Shown one piece after another: positions 44,501 to 53,391 of a stretch of DNA of 55,154 bases. Each line of letters begins with the position of its first letter. Position 1 is the stretch's first letter. The position numbers and the translations under genes were made by a program. The stretch comes from a virus (lineage: Duplodnaviria > Caudoviricetes). The notes beneath the pieces are model-generated. The model was given only the letters and a program-made list of their open reading frames with translations, had not been told where the DNA came from and did not search any database. The DNA is taken from positions 1 through 55,154 of the IMG/VR virus record IMGVR_UViG_3300044714_000251. One strand, 5' to 3'.

Positions 44501-44712
44501 TGGCCGCTCCCATCCGTTACACCGACAAGTCGACGATCACGATCGACGACAACGCCAAGACGCTGCTCATGCTCGGAGCCGTGGTGCTTGCCGGTGCAGC
44601 GACTTACCTCCTCGTGAGTCGCGTGGCGACGGCCATCTCGCCCGCGACGCTCACGCCGAGCCCGCTCCCGACGAGCGATCCGACGCCCGACCTTCCCGTC
44701 GTCCAGACCTAA
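44500..44712 (+). CDS. Small single-TM protein
   Basis: LLMLGAVVLAGAATYLLV; TAATG coupling. Confidence 0.65.
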   Translation: MAAPIRYTDKSTITIDDNAKTLLMLGAVVLAGAATYLLVSRVATAISPATLTPSPLPTSDPTPDLPVVQT

Positions 44713-44944
44713 CGAAGTGCAAGCGCGACCGCAGCCCCCACCAGGACCGCAAAAAACGATCTGCCGTCAGCCGGTCGACCCTCGCCGCCTGCCTCGCAAA
44801 CGCGCTGCTCGGATCTACGGGTTGTATGGAAGATGCCTGCCCGATCGCATGTGAAGGCTGCATGGGCAAGCGTGGCAATGGCTGGGATCGCGGCTTCCGA
44901 CGGCTCCGTCAGCCACTCCTATGTGGCGGGCTCGGAGTTTTCTG

Positions 44945-45295
44945 TCATGACCCCACCAGTCTAATGTGCGTCGGTGTCTCTAGCTCATCGGCAGTCGCGT
45001 CGAACACCACCCCCTCGACCCGCGCGACGCCAACTAGGTGCGGACCCTCCATGAGATTCAGCTCGAAGCCCTTGCGGATCGGAGCAGCGGGCAGCGACAC
45101 CAGGAACGTCAGGGCGCCGTGAAGTGGCGCGCGGCCCCCAACCACTGGCTCGCCGAAGTCGATCACGACGCTCCACGCCTCGGAATGCCCGTTCCGATCC
45201 CAGCATGCGACGGTCGAATAGCGAGAGCCCTGGAACGGCTTCTTGCGCCCACCTCGCTCGGGTTCTCGGAAATCAACGCGGACGCGCGCCCTCAT
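44945..45295 (-). CDS. Stand-alone EF-Tu domain-III-like protein
   Basis: ERGGRKKPF...RY and KGFELNLMEGPHLVGVARV resemble the EF-Tu C-terminal barrel. Confidence 0.5.
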   Translation of the reverse strand: MRARVRVDFREPERGGRKKPFQGSRYSTVACWDRNGHSEAWSVVIDFGEPVVGGRAPLHGALTFLVSLPAAPIRKGFELNLMEGPHLVGVARVEGVVFDATADELETPTHIRLVGS

Positions 45296-45378
45296 GGGGA
45301 CCGGACCTCTTCGATTATCGTGATCATAGCACCCTCCAACTGCGCCAGCTCGGGTTCGGTGTATCCACGGACGGGAGC

Positions 45379-45612
45379 TCACCCCACCAGTCGAATGTGC
45401 GTCGGTCTCGAGGGCGCGGACGGCTCTCCTACCACGTCGTACTCGCCGAAAGGTTTCCAGGCAACGACACGGCCCTTCTGCTCCCTGGCTTCTTCGCGCG
45501 CGCCTGCGATAGCCGCTTCTTTGCTCCCGAAGCTCTCCCCGAAGGGAAAGACGCTGTCGCGCGTGGTGCGGGCGCAGTCGGAGATCACCTTGAGGTAATT
45601 GGTCGCGGTCAT
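45379..45612 (-). CDS. Hypothetical protein
   Basis: 77-aa ORF ending PTHIRLVG. Confidence 0.5.
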   Translation of the reverse strand: MTATNYLKVISDCARTTRDSVFPFGESFGSKEAAIAGAREEAREQKGRVVAWKPFGEYDVVGEPSAPSRPTHIRLVG

Positions 45613-45859
45613 GAGGCCTGCGCCTTCGTGTGCGTCTTCCTGGCGTGCTTGAGAGCGCCGAAGAAGACTGCGGGCTCTCCGAGTCTCTGCGCTCTCCTGC
45701 GCCCCTTCTGGAGGCGGCGACGGGCCTTTTGCATGCCGGAGAGCCTAGCAAGGTCTTGCGGATGAGAAAACGGGTCTGGTGCCCGGGAGCATAAGCCGGA
45801 GGGCCGTTGTCTTACACGGACCCCATTGCAACATCACCTAAGGGGACTAAGGTGAGAAA

Positions 45860-46795
45860 ATGCTCGAGCGAAGTCTTGCGGCCCCGACCGTCGACCATGC
45901 TGTTCTCGCCGATGGCGATCGACTCATTCAAAGCTACCTCTTGCACCTCACAACCCCGCGATCGGTGCAAACGGGCAAAGAAAGCCTTCTCCGAGCCGCA
46001 CGTGCGATTGGACTCGAGCACGCGAACCAAATTCCATGGGCCAAGCTCGATTACGACGCGTTCGTAGGTCTCAAACGGCTCTTGTCAGCCAGATACCCTC
46101 CTGCAACCGCCAATCTCACCCTCGCAGCCGTGCGTGGCGTGCTGAAAGCAGGCTGGATGCGTGGAGAGCTGCCCGAAGAGCTCTACACCAAGGCTCGCGC
46201 GGAAGGCGGCGTCCGAGGCTCGAGAGTAACGAAGGGTCGAGCGCTTACGGAAAGCGAGATTTCCAAGCTTCTCGAGACGGCAAGGCTCTTCAGGACCCCC
46301 AAAGCCGAACTCCTAAGGGCGCTCTTGCTCGTCGGAATCGGAACGGGCCTGCGAAGAGCCGAGCTTTGCTCGATTCCGCTCGCGAATGTGCACCCAACCA
46401 GCATTTTGGTCCTCGGAAAGGGCAATCGAGAGCGCGCCTGCCCCCTTGACGAGGGGACGCAAGCTGTTTTGACGGAATGGCTTTCCGCGCGGCCCGTTTG
46501 GTGGCCACATCGCATGCTGTTTGCTGCGCCGGCAGGCGGGAAACCGCTCACGCCGCGGACGCTTTGGTGGTTTTTTCGTGAGCTCGCCGGGCGATCGGGC
46601 ACCGTCGAGCCGTTCGGCCCCCACGATCTGCGCCGCACGTTCGCGTCGCGTCTCCTCGACGGCCCGTTCGGACTCCGCGAAGTGCAGGTATTTATGGGGC
46701 ACGCGAGCCCAGACACGACCGCACGCTACGACAAACGCGATGTCCAGAGCCTGGCGGCTCGCCGGCGAGCCTTCGGGATCCTGCCGCAAACCTAA
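45860..46795 (+). CDS. Tyrosine recombinase/integrase
   Basis: TGLRRAEL (R), GKGNR (K), HDLRRT (HxxR), MGHA (H), TARY (Y). Confidence 0.93.
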   Translation: MLERSLAAPTVDHAVLADGDRLIQSYLLHLTTPRSVQTGKESLLRAARAIGLEHANQIPWAKLDYDAFVGLKRLLSARYPPATANLTLAAVRGVLKAGWMRGELPEELYTKARAEGGVRGSRVTKGRALTESEISKLLETARLFRTPKAELLRALLLVGIGTGLRRAELCSIPLANVHPTSILVLGKGNRERACPLDEGTQAVLTEWLSARPVWWPHRMLFAAPAGGKPLTPRTLWWFFRELAGRSGTVEPFGPHDLRRTFASRLLDGPFGLREVQVFMGHASPDTTARYDKRDVQSLAARRRAFGILPQT

Positions 46796-47110
46796 GGTTT
46801 TCGCGGTCTTTGCGGGGTAAACGGGCCGGCGGCCCACAAATGACCCACATGCGCCCCACAACGGGCCGCGCGGCGCCACCCCTGCGCCCGCGAGCAGGGG
46901 TTCTTGCCGATAGAGACGTGAAAGAGACGCAACGGAGACGCGAATGAGACTTGAAAAACCACAAGACATGTGATCCGACCATTGCCCTGCCCCAGACCTA
47001 CCCATACCGATGGCTCTTTTCGGGCGCCCTTGTGGCCTAAGTCGTTGAGACCCATTCACTTGTCCACAGGCTTATGGAGAGCTTGTGGAGAAAAAACTTG
47101 GCAAGGCCAC

Positions 47111-47139
47111 TTGCGTGTCTCACCGGTGAGACACATGAT
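47111..47139 (+). promoter_or_regulatory. Promoter-like site containing a 20-bp perfect palindrome
   Basis: TTGCGT-17-CATGAT; GTGTCTCACCGGTGAGACAC at 47115-47134. Confidence 0.55.
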
Positions 47140-47285
47140 GGTGGGTGCGAGGGCAGGAGCCCTCCAAGAAAAGGTCAAACCCATGTCCTCCGTGGAACTC
47201 GACATGCTCGCAGTCATCGCGCGCATGGGGGCCCTCCGGCTCCGTCTAACGCCCAAGCCGCATGCCGCGACGCAAAGGGACTTGG

Positions 47286-47321
47286 GCCTCTTGACTTGTA
47301 TTACGGGTGAGACTAGGTTCT
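47286..47321 (+). promoter_or_regulatory. Duplicated promoter/operator unit, copy 1
   Basis: TTGACT-17-TAGGTT; 36 bp identical to 47926-47961. Confidence 0.75.
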
Positions 47322-47352
47322 TCTCTTCTGCCACTCACAAAAGGTCAAACGA

Positions 47353-47898
47353 ATGAGAAACGAAAAAGAAAAACTCGTCTACTTCGTCAACTTTCACGTT
47401 CCGGACGACCACCCCCAAGCTCACGGGGGTGCCATGGGTGACGGTTCTTTCACGTCGTACTCCGCAATGGCCGGCCGGGTCGGCCGGGTGGCGTACTTCC
47501 GGACCGCAAGCGAGGCAAAGGCCTTTGCTCTGGATCGGCTGTACTACAGCCCCTCGGAGGTGAAGGAGATCAAGGTCCCCCGCCGACTAGCTCAGAGATG
47601 GGGTGTCCCCCAAGCTCACGGGGGTGCCATGACGACGGTAGATCTGGCGATGAGCGTGGACGAGTCGGAGATCGACAGCCTGATGGCGGCTGCGGGGCAG
47701 GCGGGGGACAGGGCGCAGGTGGCGATCTGCCTCGTGGCCCTCGGCCGCGACGGCGACGACTGCGACGACTGGGAGCGCGAATGCATCGAGGAGAATCGCG
47801 AGGCCCTGGAGCGCAAGGGTATCATCCCTGAGCACGTGGATGCCGACGTCAGGGCGCAGGCCGAGTGCGCGCGTGTCATCGGGCGGGGGCACTCGTAA
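47353..47898 (+). CDS. Hypothetical protein, probably fused cassettes
   Basis: PQAHGGAM occurs twice, encoded by a 25-bp direct repeat. Confidence 0.55.
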   Translation: MRNEKEKLVYFVNFHVPDDHPQAHGGAMGDGSFTSYSAMAGRVGRVAYFRTASEAKAFALDRLYYSPSEVKEIKVPRRLAQRWGVPQAHGGAMTTVDLAMSVDESEIDSLMAAAGQAGDRAQVAICLVALGRDGDDCDDWERECIEENREALERKGIIPEHVDADVRAQAECARVIGRGHS

Positions 47899-47925
47899 GC
47901 CGCGCGCCGCCGAGCGAGGCTCGCA

Positions 47926-47961
47926 GCCTCTTGACTTGTATTACGGGTGAGACTAGGTTCT
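47926..47961 (+). promoter_or_regulatory. Duplicated promoter/operator unit, copy 2
   Basis: Identical to 47286-47321, with a similar leader (CTCAC.AAAGGTCAAA) before the ATG. Confidence 0.75.
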
Positions 47962-47999
47962 CTTCTGCCACTGCCACACTCACGAAAGGTCAAAAAAAC

Positions 48000-49448
48000 A
48001 TGTTCACGATCCAAGCGGGGAACACGTCCGAAACGTGCACTCAAGCCGACATGCTCGCAACGTGCGAGAAACTCTCTACCCTCGGGCCTCTCACGATCTT
48101 CGAGAATGAACGCTGCATCCTCCGCGATGGCCGGCCCCCCTCTCAGCCAGGGGCGACCGAGCCCGTCTACTCCACGTTCGGGACACAGGTCATCGACGAT
48201 ACGGCCCGTACGCGTATCGAGAAGCAGCACGACAAGCTTCGTTCCGCGGGGGTGAATGTCGACGCGAGCGAGCAATTTTACTCGACGGGCACGCGCATGG
48301 CGCGAGAGGGCTACGGTTTGCAGGCCCAACGCAAGGCGGAACATGACGCGGCAAGGCCGATCCGCGAGGCGGGTGAGGCTCTCCGCGCCGAGGTCCTTGG
48401 CGAGAGTCGAGAGGACAAGATCGTGACCGCGGCTGAAGTAGGACGAGCGATCGCCGTCAACGGCAAGATCTCGGCGTTCGGGCTCCACTTGACAGAGCAG
48501 GCGATCCGAGGGCTCGCTACGCGGCTCGAGTCCCCCATGCTCGGTTACGTGTTAGGGCTCCACGGGCGCATCATCGCCGAACGTGCCAAGGGCGACGCCG
48601 CGGACAAATCAGCCATGCAGGCCGACAAGGCCAAGATCGCGGATATCCTCGCCCACGAGTGTGCTCGCGCGGGCGATGTCAGGGTCAAGCTTCGTACGCG
48701 GGCGAGCGTGGGTGACGTCTTTGCCGTGGTCTCCCCCACCTACGCGTCCGCGGACGCACCCGAGGTCCTCGCAGAAGTGCTCCAAGATCTTCCCCGAGAC
48801 GCGAAAGGCACCTACTCTTACGACCCGGGCACAACGGCATGGGAGCTTCGCGCCGATGTTTGGACGCCAACCCCCGTGGAGGAGCACGCGGTAGGCGAAG
48901 CTTTCAGCGGCTACGTGTCGTTTCAGAGCCGCGATGACGGTGGATCGTCTTTCCGTGGGGGCGGAGGGGTACTCCTTCTCCGTTGCCTGAACGCGTCGAC
49001 CTACACCGCGCAATCCTCGACCGTTCGGAGGGTTCACCGCGGCGCGATCATGTTCGACATTGACGCCATGGTGCGCGGCGCGACCCAAGCAATTCAGGCT
49101 CTCTGCAAGGCGTGGGGCACGAATCGCACCGAAGAGATCCCGCTACCGAGCGATTCGGTCCCGTTGTCGGTCGCGATTCCAGGGTTCTACTCGTGGCTAC
49201 TTCGCGATCGGTCCTCTGAGCTCGCTGGGGTCCTCCCTGGGCGTTCGGCGGAGCACGCCAAAGGCCTCACGGAAGCCTTTTTCGCGGAGCGACGCGAGCC
49301 TGACAAGCTCGTCCGTAGCGACTTCGCCCAAGGGTGGACGCGCTACATCCAAGACCAACCCACGGCCATTCGGCGCGATGCGGAGTCTGCAATAGGTTCG
49401 TGGCTCGTTCGCCACGCATCCGTGGGGTGCGCCCTTCCGAAGGCCTAG
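48000..49448 (+). CDS. DUF932-like protein
   Basis: VVSPTY, SRDDGGSS..GG.LLLRCLN, RRVHRG. Confidence 0.55.
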   Translation: MFTIQAGNTSETCTQADMLATCEKLSTLGPLTIFENERCILRDGRPPSQPGATEPVYSTFGTQVIDDTARTRIEKQHDKLRSAGVNVDASEQFYSTGTRMAREGYGLQAQRKAEHDAARPIREAGEALRAEVLGESREDKIVTAAEVGRAIAVNGKISAFGLHLTEQAIRGLATRLESPMLGYVLGLHGRIIAERAKGDAADKSAMQADKAKIADILAHECARAGDVRVKLRTRASVGDVFAVVSPTYASADAPEVLAEVLQDLPRDAKGTYSYDPGTTAWELRADVWTPTPVEEHAVGEAFSGYVSFQSRDDGGSSFRGGGGVLLLRCLNASTYTAQSSTVRRVHRGAIMFDIDAMVRGATQAIQALCKAWGTNRTEEIPLPSDSVPLSVAIPGFYSWLLRDRSSELAGVLPGRSAEHAKGLTEAFFAERREPDKLVRSDFAQGWTRYIQDQPTAIRRDAESAIGSWLVRHASVGCALPKA

Positions 49449-49514
49449 CCTCGACCCTTGCCGGGTTTCGACTGCGGCAAGGGTCGGCGCTACGCCGAGA
49501 AAAGGACTCTTCCC

Positions 49515-49970
49515 ATGACGACTCCTCCTGACATGCTCGAACGGCTCTCGACCCTCGCCGCGCAACGCACCGCGAGAACCGAAACCGTAGTGGACCTCGT
49601 CCATGCGCTTCTGGCGCGGCTCGAAAAGGTATGCGAGGAAGGCGACTGGTGCGAGATTGCCGGGCACACCCTCACCCTCGTCCGCCTTCGATCGAACGTC
49701 GGAACGGAGACGTTTTGGCTCTACGAATCCGACGACGACACCTGTTACCTGGACGCGCGCGTAGGCTTTGACGGCTACTTGCACGGGGACTTTTCCGTTT
49801 CAATCCACGGCCCCTCGCGCGCGCAAATCCTAAGCTTCGCCTCGCGCGCTTCTGGCTTCGTGTCGCGGCTCGTGGAGCTTCACGCGGACGACGTGGGGAA
49901 GCTCGACAAGGCGATCGCCGAGGTCAAGGCCGCGGCGGGAGCCATCGGCGAAGGGACGGTGACGCCATGA
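49515..49970 (+). CDS. Hypothetical protein
   Basis: AAAGGA RBS. Confidence 0.6.
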   Translation: MTTPPDMLERLSTLAAQRTARTETVVDLVHALLARLEKVCEEGDWCEIAGHTLTLVRLRSNVGTETFWLYESDDDTCYLDARVGFDGYLHGDFSVSIHGPSRAQILSFASRASGFVSRLVELHADDVGKLDKAIAEVKAAAGAIGEGTVTP

Positions 49971-50122
49971 TGATCTGCGACAGCGACGGCCAGGCGATTA
50001 CGGACGGCGTCTCGGAGGCTGAGGTATGGGCGATCGCTCAGCGAATGGCCACCGAACGCCGCGAATCGGTGTACGTGAGCGACGGAACTGAGAACGGCGA
50101 AGAGACGGAGGTGACCCCATGA
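49967..50122 (+). CDS. Small hypothetical protein
   Basis: 51-aa ORF, ATGA-coupled on both sides. Confidence 0.5.
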   Translation: MMICDSDGQAITDGVSEAEVWAIAQRMATERRESVYVSDGTENGEETEVTP

Positions 50123-50420
50123 ACCTTACCACCCTACGCGACACGAGGGTCCGAGCGATGACCCTCGGCGAGCATCCGTGGACGGAGGAGATCGTCCGTC
50201 TTTTCGACGACCTGGAGGACGAGATCATCGCGGTGTTTCGCTGCTGTCGGCCTCAGGCACCTGGAAAAAAGCAGAGGAAGAACGTGATCAGCTCCAGAGT
50301 GAGCTGGACTTCATCGACAAGGGCTCGGAGGACAAGCCGGAGAGCATGCTAAACGGCTTTCTCACATCAAGAGGCGCGCAACATTGCGCTGACCTGGTTC
50401 AACCCAAGGGAGCGCCGTAG
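50119..50420 (+). CDS. Hypothetical protein split over two frames (possible -1 frameshift)
   Basis: In-frame A-AAA-AAG at 50265-50271 would join ORFs 50119..50352 and 50178..50420. Confidence 0.4.
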
Positions 50421-50618
50421 TCGAGCATTCGAGGCCTCGTGCCTCGAATCCTGCCCGTGTGGTTACTTGACCTTTCACACGCGGGCAGGATTCGGTGCAT
50501 GAGAAAAAAGAGAGGAGTGGTTCATGAGTCTTCACGAACGAATCGCGGGCTGGACCGTCGAAGAAACGCGGTCCTTCTCGCTTGCCTCTCTTCGCGTCCA
50601 AAGCTCGTGGCTCGAGCC

Positions 50619-50855
50619 ATGATCACTCTCCTCTACGCGGCGATCGAACCCCTCCCCGATAGTTTTGGCCTAGTCTGGGGGCTCGGCACGGATGCCGAAA
50701 GCGCCCGAAAGGACGCGCGCAAAGAAGGCTGCAAGCACGAAGGTCTCGAGATCTTCCCCGTCACGCTCGACCAAGCCAAGCGCATCGCCAACGGCGAGCG
50801 TCTTTGGCCTATCCTTCAGAGCTCAAAAACCCTCTCGCATCTGGCCCTGTCATGA
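50619..50855 (+). CDS. Hypothetical protein
   Basis: VWGLGTDAESARKDA; ATGA-coupled downstream. Confidence 0.5.
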   Translation: MITLLYAAIEPLPDSFGLVWGLGTDAESARKDARKEGCKHEGLEIFPVTLDQAKRIANGERLWPILQSSKTLSHLALS

Positions 50856-51340
50856 GATCTCTCCTCTTCGCTCTCCTCCTACCCGCGTGCGGCGGCTCGT
50901 TCTCGACTGCGCCCGAGGATCGCGTGACAGAACCGCGGTCGGATGCCGCAATCATGGCGGACGCGCCCACGCCGGCCCCCGACACAGCCCAGACAGACCA
51001 CAACGCGCCCGACGCTTCTCTGGACTCCGCCCACGATTCCGCCGCAAAAGACCACGCTTCTCCTGTGGACGTTGTGGTTCCTCCGGACACAAGCATGGCG
51101 GACTGCGGCGAGCCGAAAACGGTTGAGTGCTCGGGTGGCGTCTTCGCGACACTTCCGGGAGAATACTGCCTCTACGAGAGTACCGAAGGGGTGGGGTTGA
51201 CGCCCGACACGCCTCCCGAGTGCCTGTGCGACTTTACGTGCGCGTGCATCGTCGCTCATACCTCGTGCCCGAGTGGGATGATTTCGCTTGGATGCTCCAC
51301 GCTGGGTGGGGCGCCCACGCTAGACTGTGAGGGTTCATGA
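50852..51340 (+). CDS. Cys-rich lipoprotein, myxobacterial style
   Basis: LLLPA-CGG lipobox, DA/DS-rich linker, Cys-rich C-terminal domain. Confidence 0.7.
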   Translation: MRSLLFALLLPACGGSFSTAPEDRVTEPRSDAAIMADAPTPAPDTAQTDHNAPDASLDSAHDSAAKDHASPVDVVVPPDTSMADCGEPKTVECSGGVFATLPGEYCLYESTEGVGLTPDTPPECLCDFTCACIVAHTSCPSGMISLGCSTLGGAPTLDCEGS

Positions 51341-51555
51341 GTCGAGGAAATCAAAGCCGCTTCGCGCTCATGCCGGGCACGCGAGGCTACAAGAAGAGCA
51401 CCAAGGGGACGCTCGACAAGGCTGCGCGGGAGAAAGCGAAACTCGAGCTTTTAGGACAAGCGGCGCTCGATTGGGTGGCCAACGGAAACAATCCACTGTT
51501 TGCCGAAGGCGTCCTTGGCGCAGCTCGAGACTACGCCAAGGCTTGCAAAGGGTGA
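51337..51555 (+). CDS. Hypothetical protein
   Basis: Coupled ORF. Confidence 0.5.
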   Translation: MSRGNQSRFALMPGTRGYKKSTKGTLDKAAREKAKLELLGQAALDWVANGNNPLFAEGVLGAARDYAKACKG

Positions 51556-51565
51556 TTCAATCTCA

Positions 51566-51772
51566 ATGAAACACGTCTTCATGCGAGCAGGGGTGAGGGC
51601 CGCGGACTGGTACCTCGACACCGGAACCTGTTTCTTCTGCGAGGTGTCGGATCGGCTCTTCGTTGATGCCGCGAAGGGGCGACATGCGCCGCATTGTACG
51701 TTTTACAAGATGACGGACGAGCACCTCCGAGTCTTGGCCGACTCGGAACGAGAGAAAGAGCCAGGGAAATGA
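51566..51772 (+). CDS. Small Cys/His protein
   Basis: CFFC...HAPHC. Confidence 0.5.
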   Translation: MKHVFMRAGVRAADWYLDTGTCFFCEVSDRLFVDAAKGRHAPHCTFYKMTDEHLRVLADSEREKEPGK

Positions 51773-51801
51773 CACTCTCGAATTTGCGCGCGGAGGTTCC
51801 T

Positions 51802-51960
51802 ATGGTTGAAATCGAAGGCATCTATGATGGGGGCCGCGTAGATGGACGGAGCGCTGACGTGCTCGTCCGAGTCTCGCGAAAAGACATCGCCAAGCTTCAG
51901 ATCGGAGACCGGGTGGCGATTCGGGTCGTGCCGAGGACGATCAAGAAACGGCGCAAGTGA
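51802..51960 (+). CDS. Small hypothetical protein (start 51769 or 51802)
   Basis: GGAGG RBS within the start-associated repeat. Confidence 0.5.
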   Translation: MVEIEGIYDGGRVDGRSADVLVRVSRKDIAKLQIGDRVAIRVVPRTIKKRRK

Positions 51961-51989
51961 CATCCTCACTTATGCGCGCGGAGGTTCCA

Positions 51990-52229
51990 ATGGCCGAACA
52001 TCTAACATGCAGACACCCCGACCGAGACGAACCCCGCATCATGTGCGGCTATTCGCTGCCGTGTCCGTGGCACACCGTAATCATTCACGCTGACCGACAG
52101 CCGGTCACGGTGGAGATCCCTGTCACGTCAGACGCGATGAAGTCGCCCATGCGAGAACGGCTCGGCTCGATCGCGCGAGCGGTGACGCCGTTGCCACGGG
52201 CGAAGAAAAGCCGGCGAGTACGTACCTAA
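51990..52229 (+). CDS. Small Cys/His protein
   Basis: C...CGYSLPCPWH; GGAGG RBS. Confidence 0.55.
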   Translation: MAEHLTCRHPDRDEPRIMCGYSLPCPWHTVIIHADRQPVTVEIPVTSDAMKSPMRERLGSIARAVTPLPRAKKSRRVRT

Positions 52230-52248
52230 TGTTGCGCGCGAGGCGATC

Positions 52249-52431
52249 ATGACCATCGAGTCATGTGCAATATGTCATGTCGACCACCATGAGCCGAACG
52301 CCCCTAGGTGTAAGGCGGAGCCGGTGCAACCGCGCTTCTCGACATGTCCGGTGTGTCAACGAACCGACCGCCGGGCGGGAGTGATCTGGGGATGTCGCGA
52401 GTGCCAGTGGAGCCAGGGGATACGAGGATGA
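52249..52431 (+). CDS. Small Zn-finger protein
   Basis: CAIC, CPVC, CREC. Confidence 0.5.
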   Translation: MTIESCAICHVDHHEPNAPRCKAEPVQPRFSTCPVCQRTDRRAGVIWGCRECQWSQGIRG

Positions 52432-52462
52432 CACAACCGTTTTTGCGCGCGAGGAATTTTCG

Positions 52463-52714
52463 ATGAGAGCAACGTTCAGGCGAGAGCCATGCGAGACTGG
52501 TCTGCGAATCATTCAAGGTGTCCGCGGCTGGATTCTGAAAATCGACGGAGAGGACGTGGCGCACGTGTCTTCCCTGCATCCTAGGGACACGCGACGTGGG
52601 TGGTACTGGTACGGGTGTGGACGAAACACGGCCGACTCACCCGCCTCGACCGCCGAGGAAGCGAAAGCGGAGTGTCTGGCGCATTGCAAGAAACAGCTTG
52701 CGGCGAATACCTAG
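52463..52714 (+). CDS. Hypothetical protein
   Basis: GWYWYG...TAEEAKAEC; GAGG RBS. Confidence 0.6.
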   Translation: MRATFRREPCETGLRIIQGVRGWILKIDGEDVAHVSSLHPRDTRRGWYWYGCGRNTADSPASTAEEAKAECLAHCKKQLAANT

Positions 52715-52750
52715 AAATGCGCGCTTTTCGTCGGAGCACGAGGTGAATCA

Positions 52751-53254
52751 GTGCGGACCGGGTTGTACCCAGTGAAGTACGCGAGGGGTTGGGTGGAGTC
52801 GGTCCACCGGCGGATCCCTGCGCTCACCGGGGCCATGTGGTGCCTCGGTCTCTGGGACGGCGACACCATGCGAGGGCTCGCCGTCGTCGGCAGACCTGGC
52901 GCGCGCATGCTCGACGTAGCAGCTCGGGAGAGGGTGGGGACCGTGGAAGTGATCCGCGTCGCCGTCATCGAAGGCACGCCGAACGGGTGCAGCATGCTCT
53001 ACGGTGCGTGCGCTCGCGCGGGTCGTGCCATGGGCCTCGACGGGATGCTGACCTACATCCATAATGACGAGACCGGGGTGAGCCTGCGCGCGGCGGGGTG
53101 GCTCGCCGACAAGATGACGGACGGTGGGGAATGGTCCCGACCGTCGCGACAACGCCGCTTGGCGCTCGACAGCAAGCCCAAGGTCCGATGGTGGGCGGCA
53201 TGGTCGGAAGCGGTGAGGAACGTGGAGCCGATTGCACCGCGGATCGCGGTCTAA
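52751..53254 (+). CDS. XF1762-family phage protein
   Basis: VVGRPGARMLD, EVIRV, NGCSMLYGAC.RA, TYI..ETGVSLRAAGW, GGEWSRPSR. Confidence 0.8.
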   Translation: MRTGLYPVKYARGWVESVHRRIPALTGAMWCLGLWDGDTMRGLAVVGRPGARMLDVAARERVGTVEVIRVAVIEGTPNGCSMLYGACARAGRAMGLDGMLTYIHNDETGVSLRAAGWLADKMTDGGEWSRPSRQRRLALDSKPKVRWWAAWSEAVRNVEPIAPRIAV

Positions 53255-53280
53255 TCGTGCGCGCGAAGGAGGGCTATACG

Positions 53281-53391
53281 ATGCCGATCTCATACACGAC
53301 GGTCACCGCCAACATCGGAAGAGTCACATGGCACCAGCACGTGACGTGGGACGGGTACCTGGTGGTCTACTGCGCGTGGTTCACGGCGTGA
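53281..53391 (+). CDS. Very small hypothetical protein
   Basis: AAGGAGG RBS; 36 aa. Confidence 0.4.
   Translation: MPISYTTVTANIGRVTWHQHVTWDGYLVVYCAWFTA

Noticed and set aside
44709-44948. Minus-strand membrane ORF with an internal TAG (recoding)
   Set aside because: Single weak instance; TAG is used as a normal stop elsewhere in the genome
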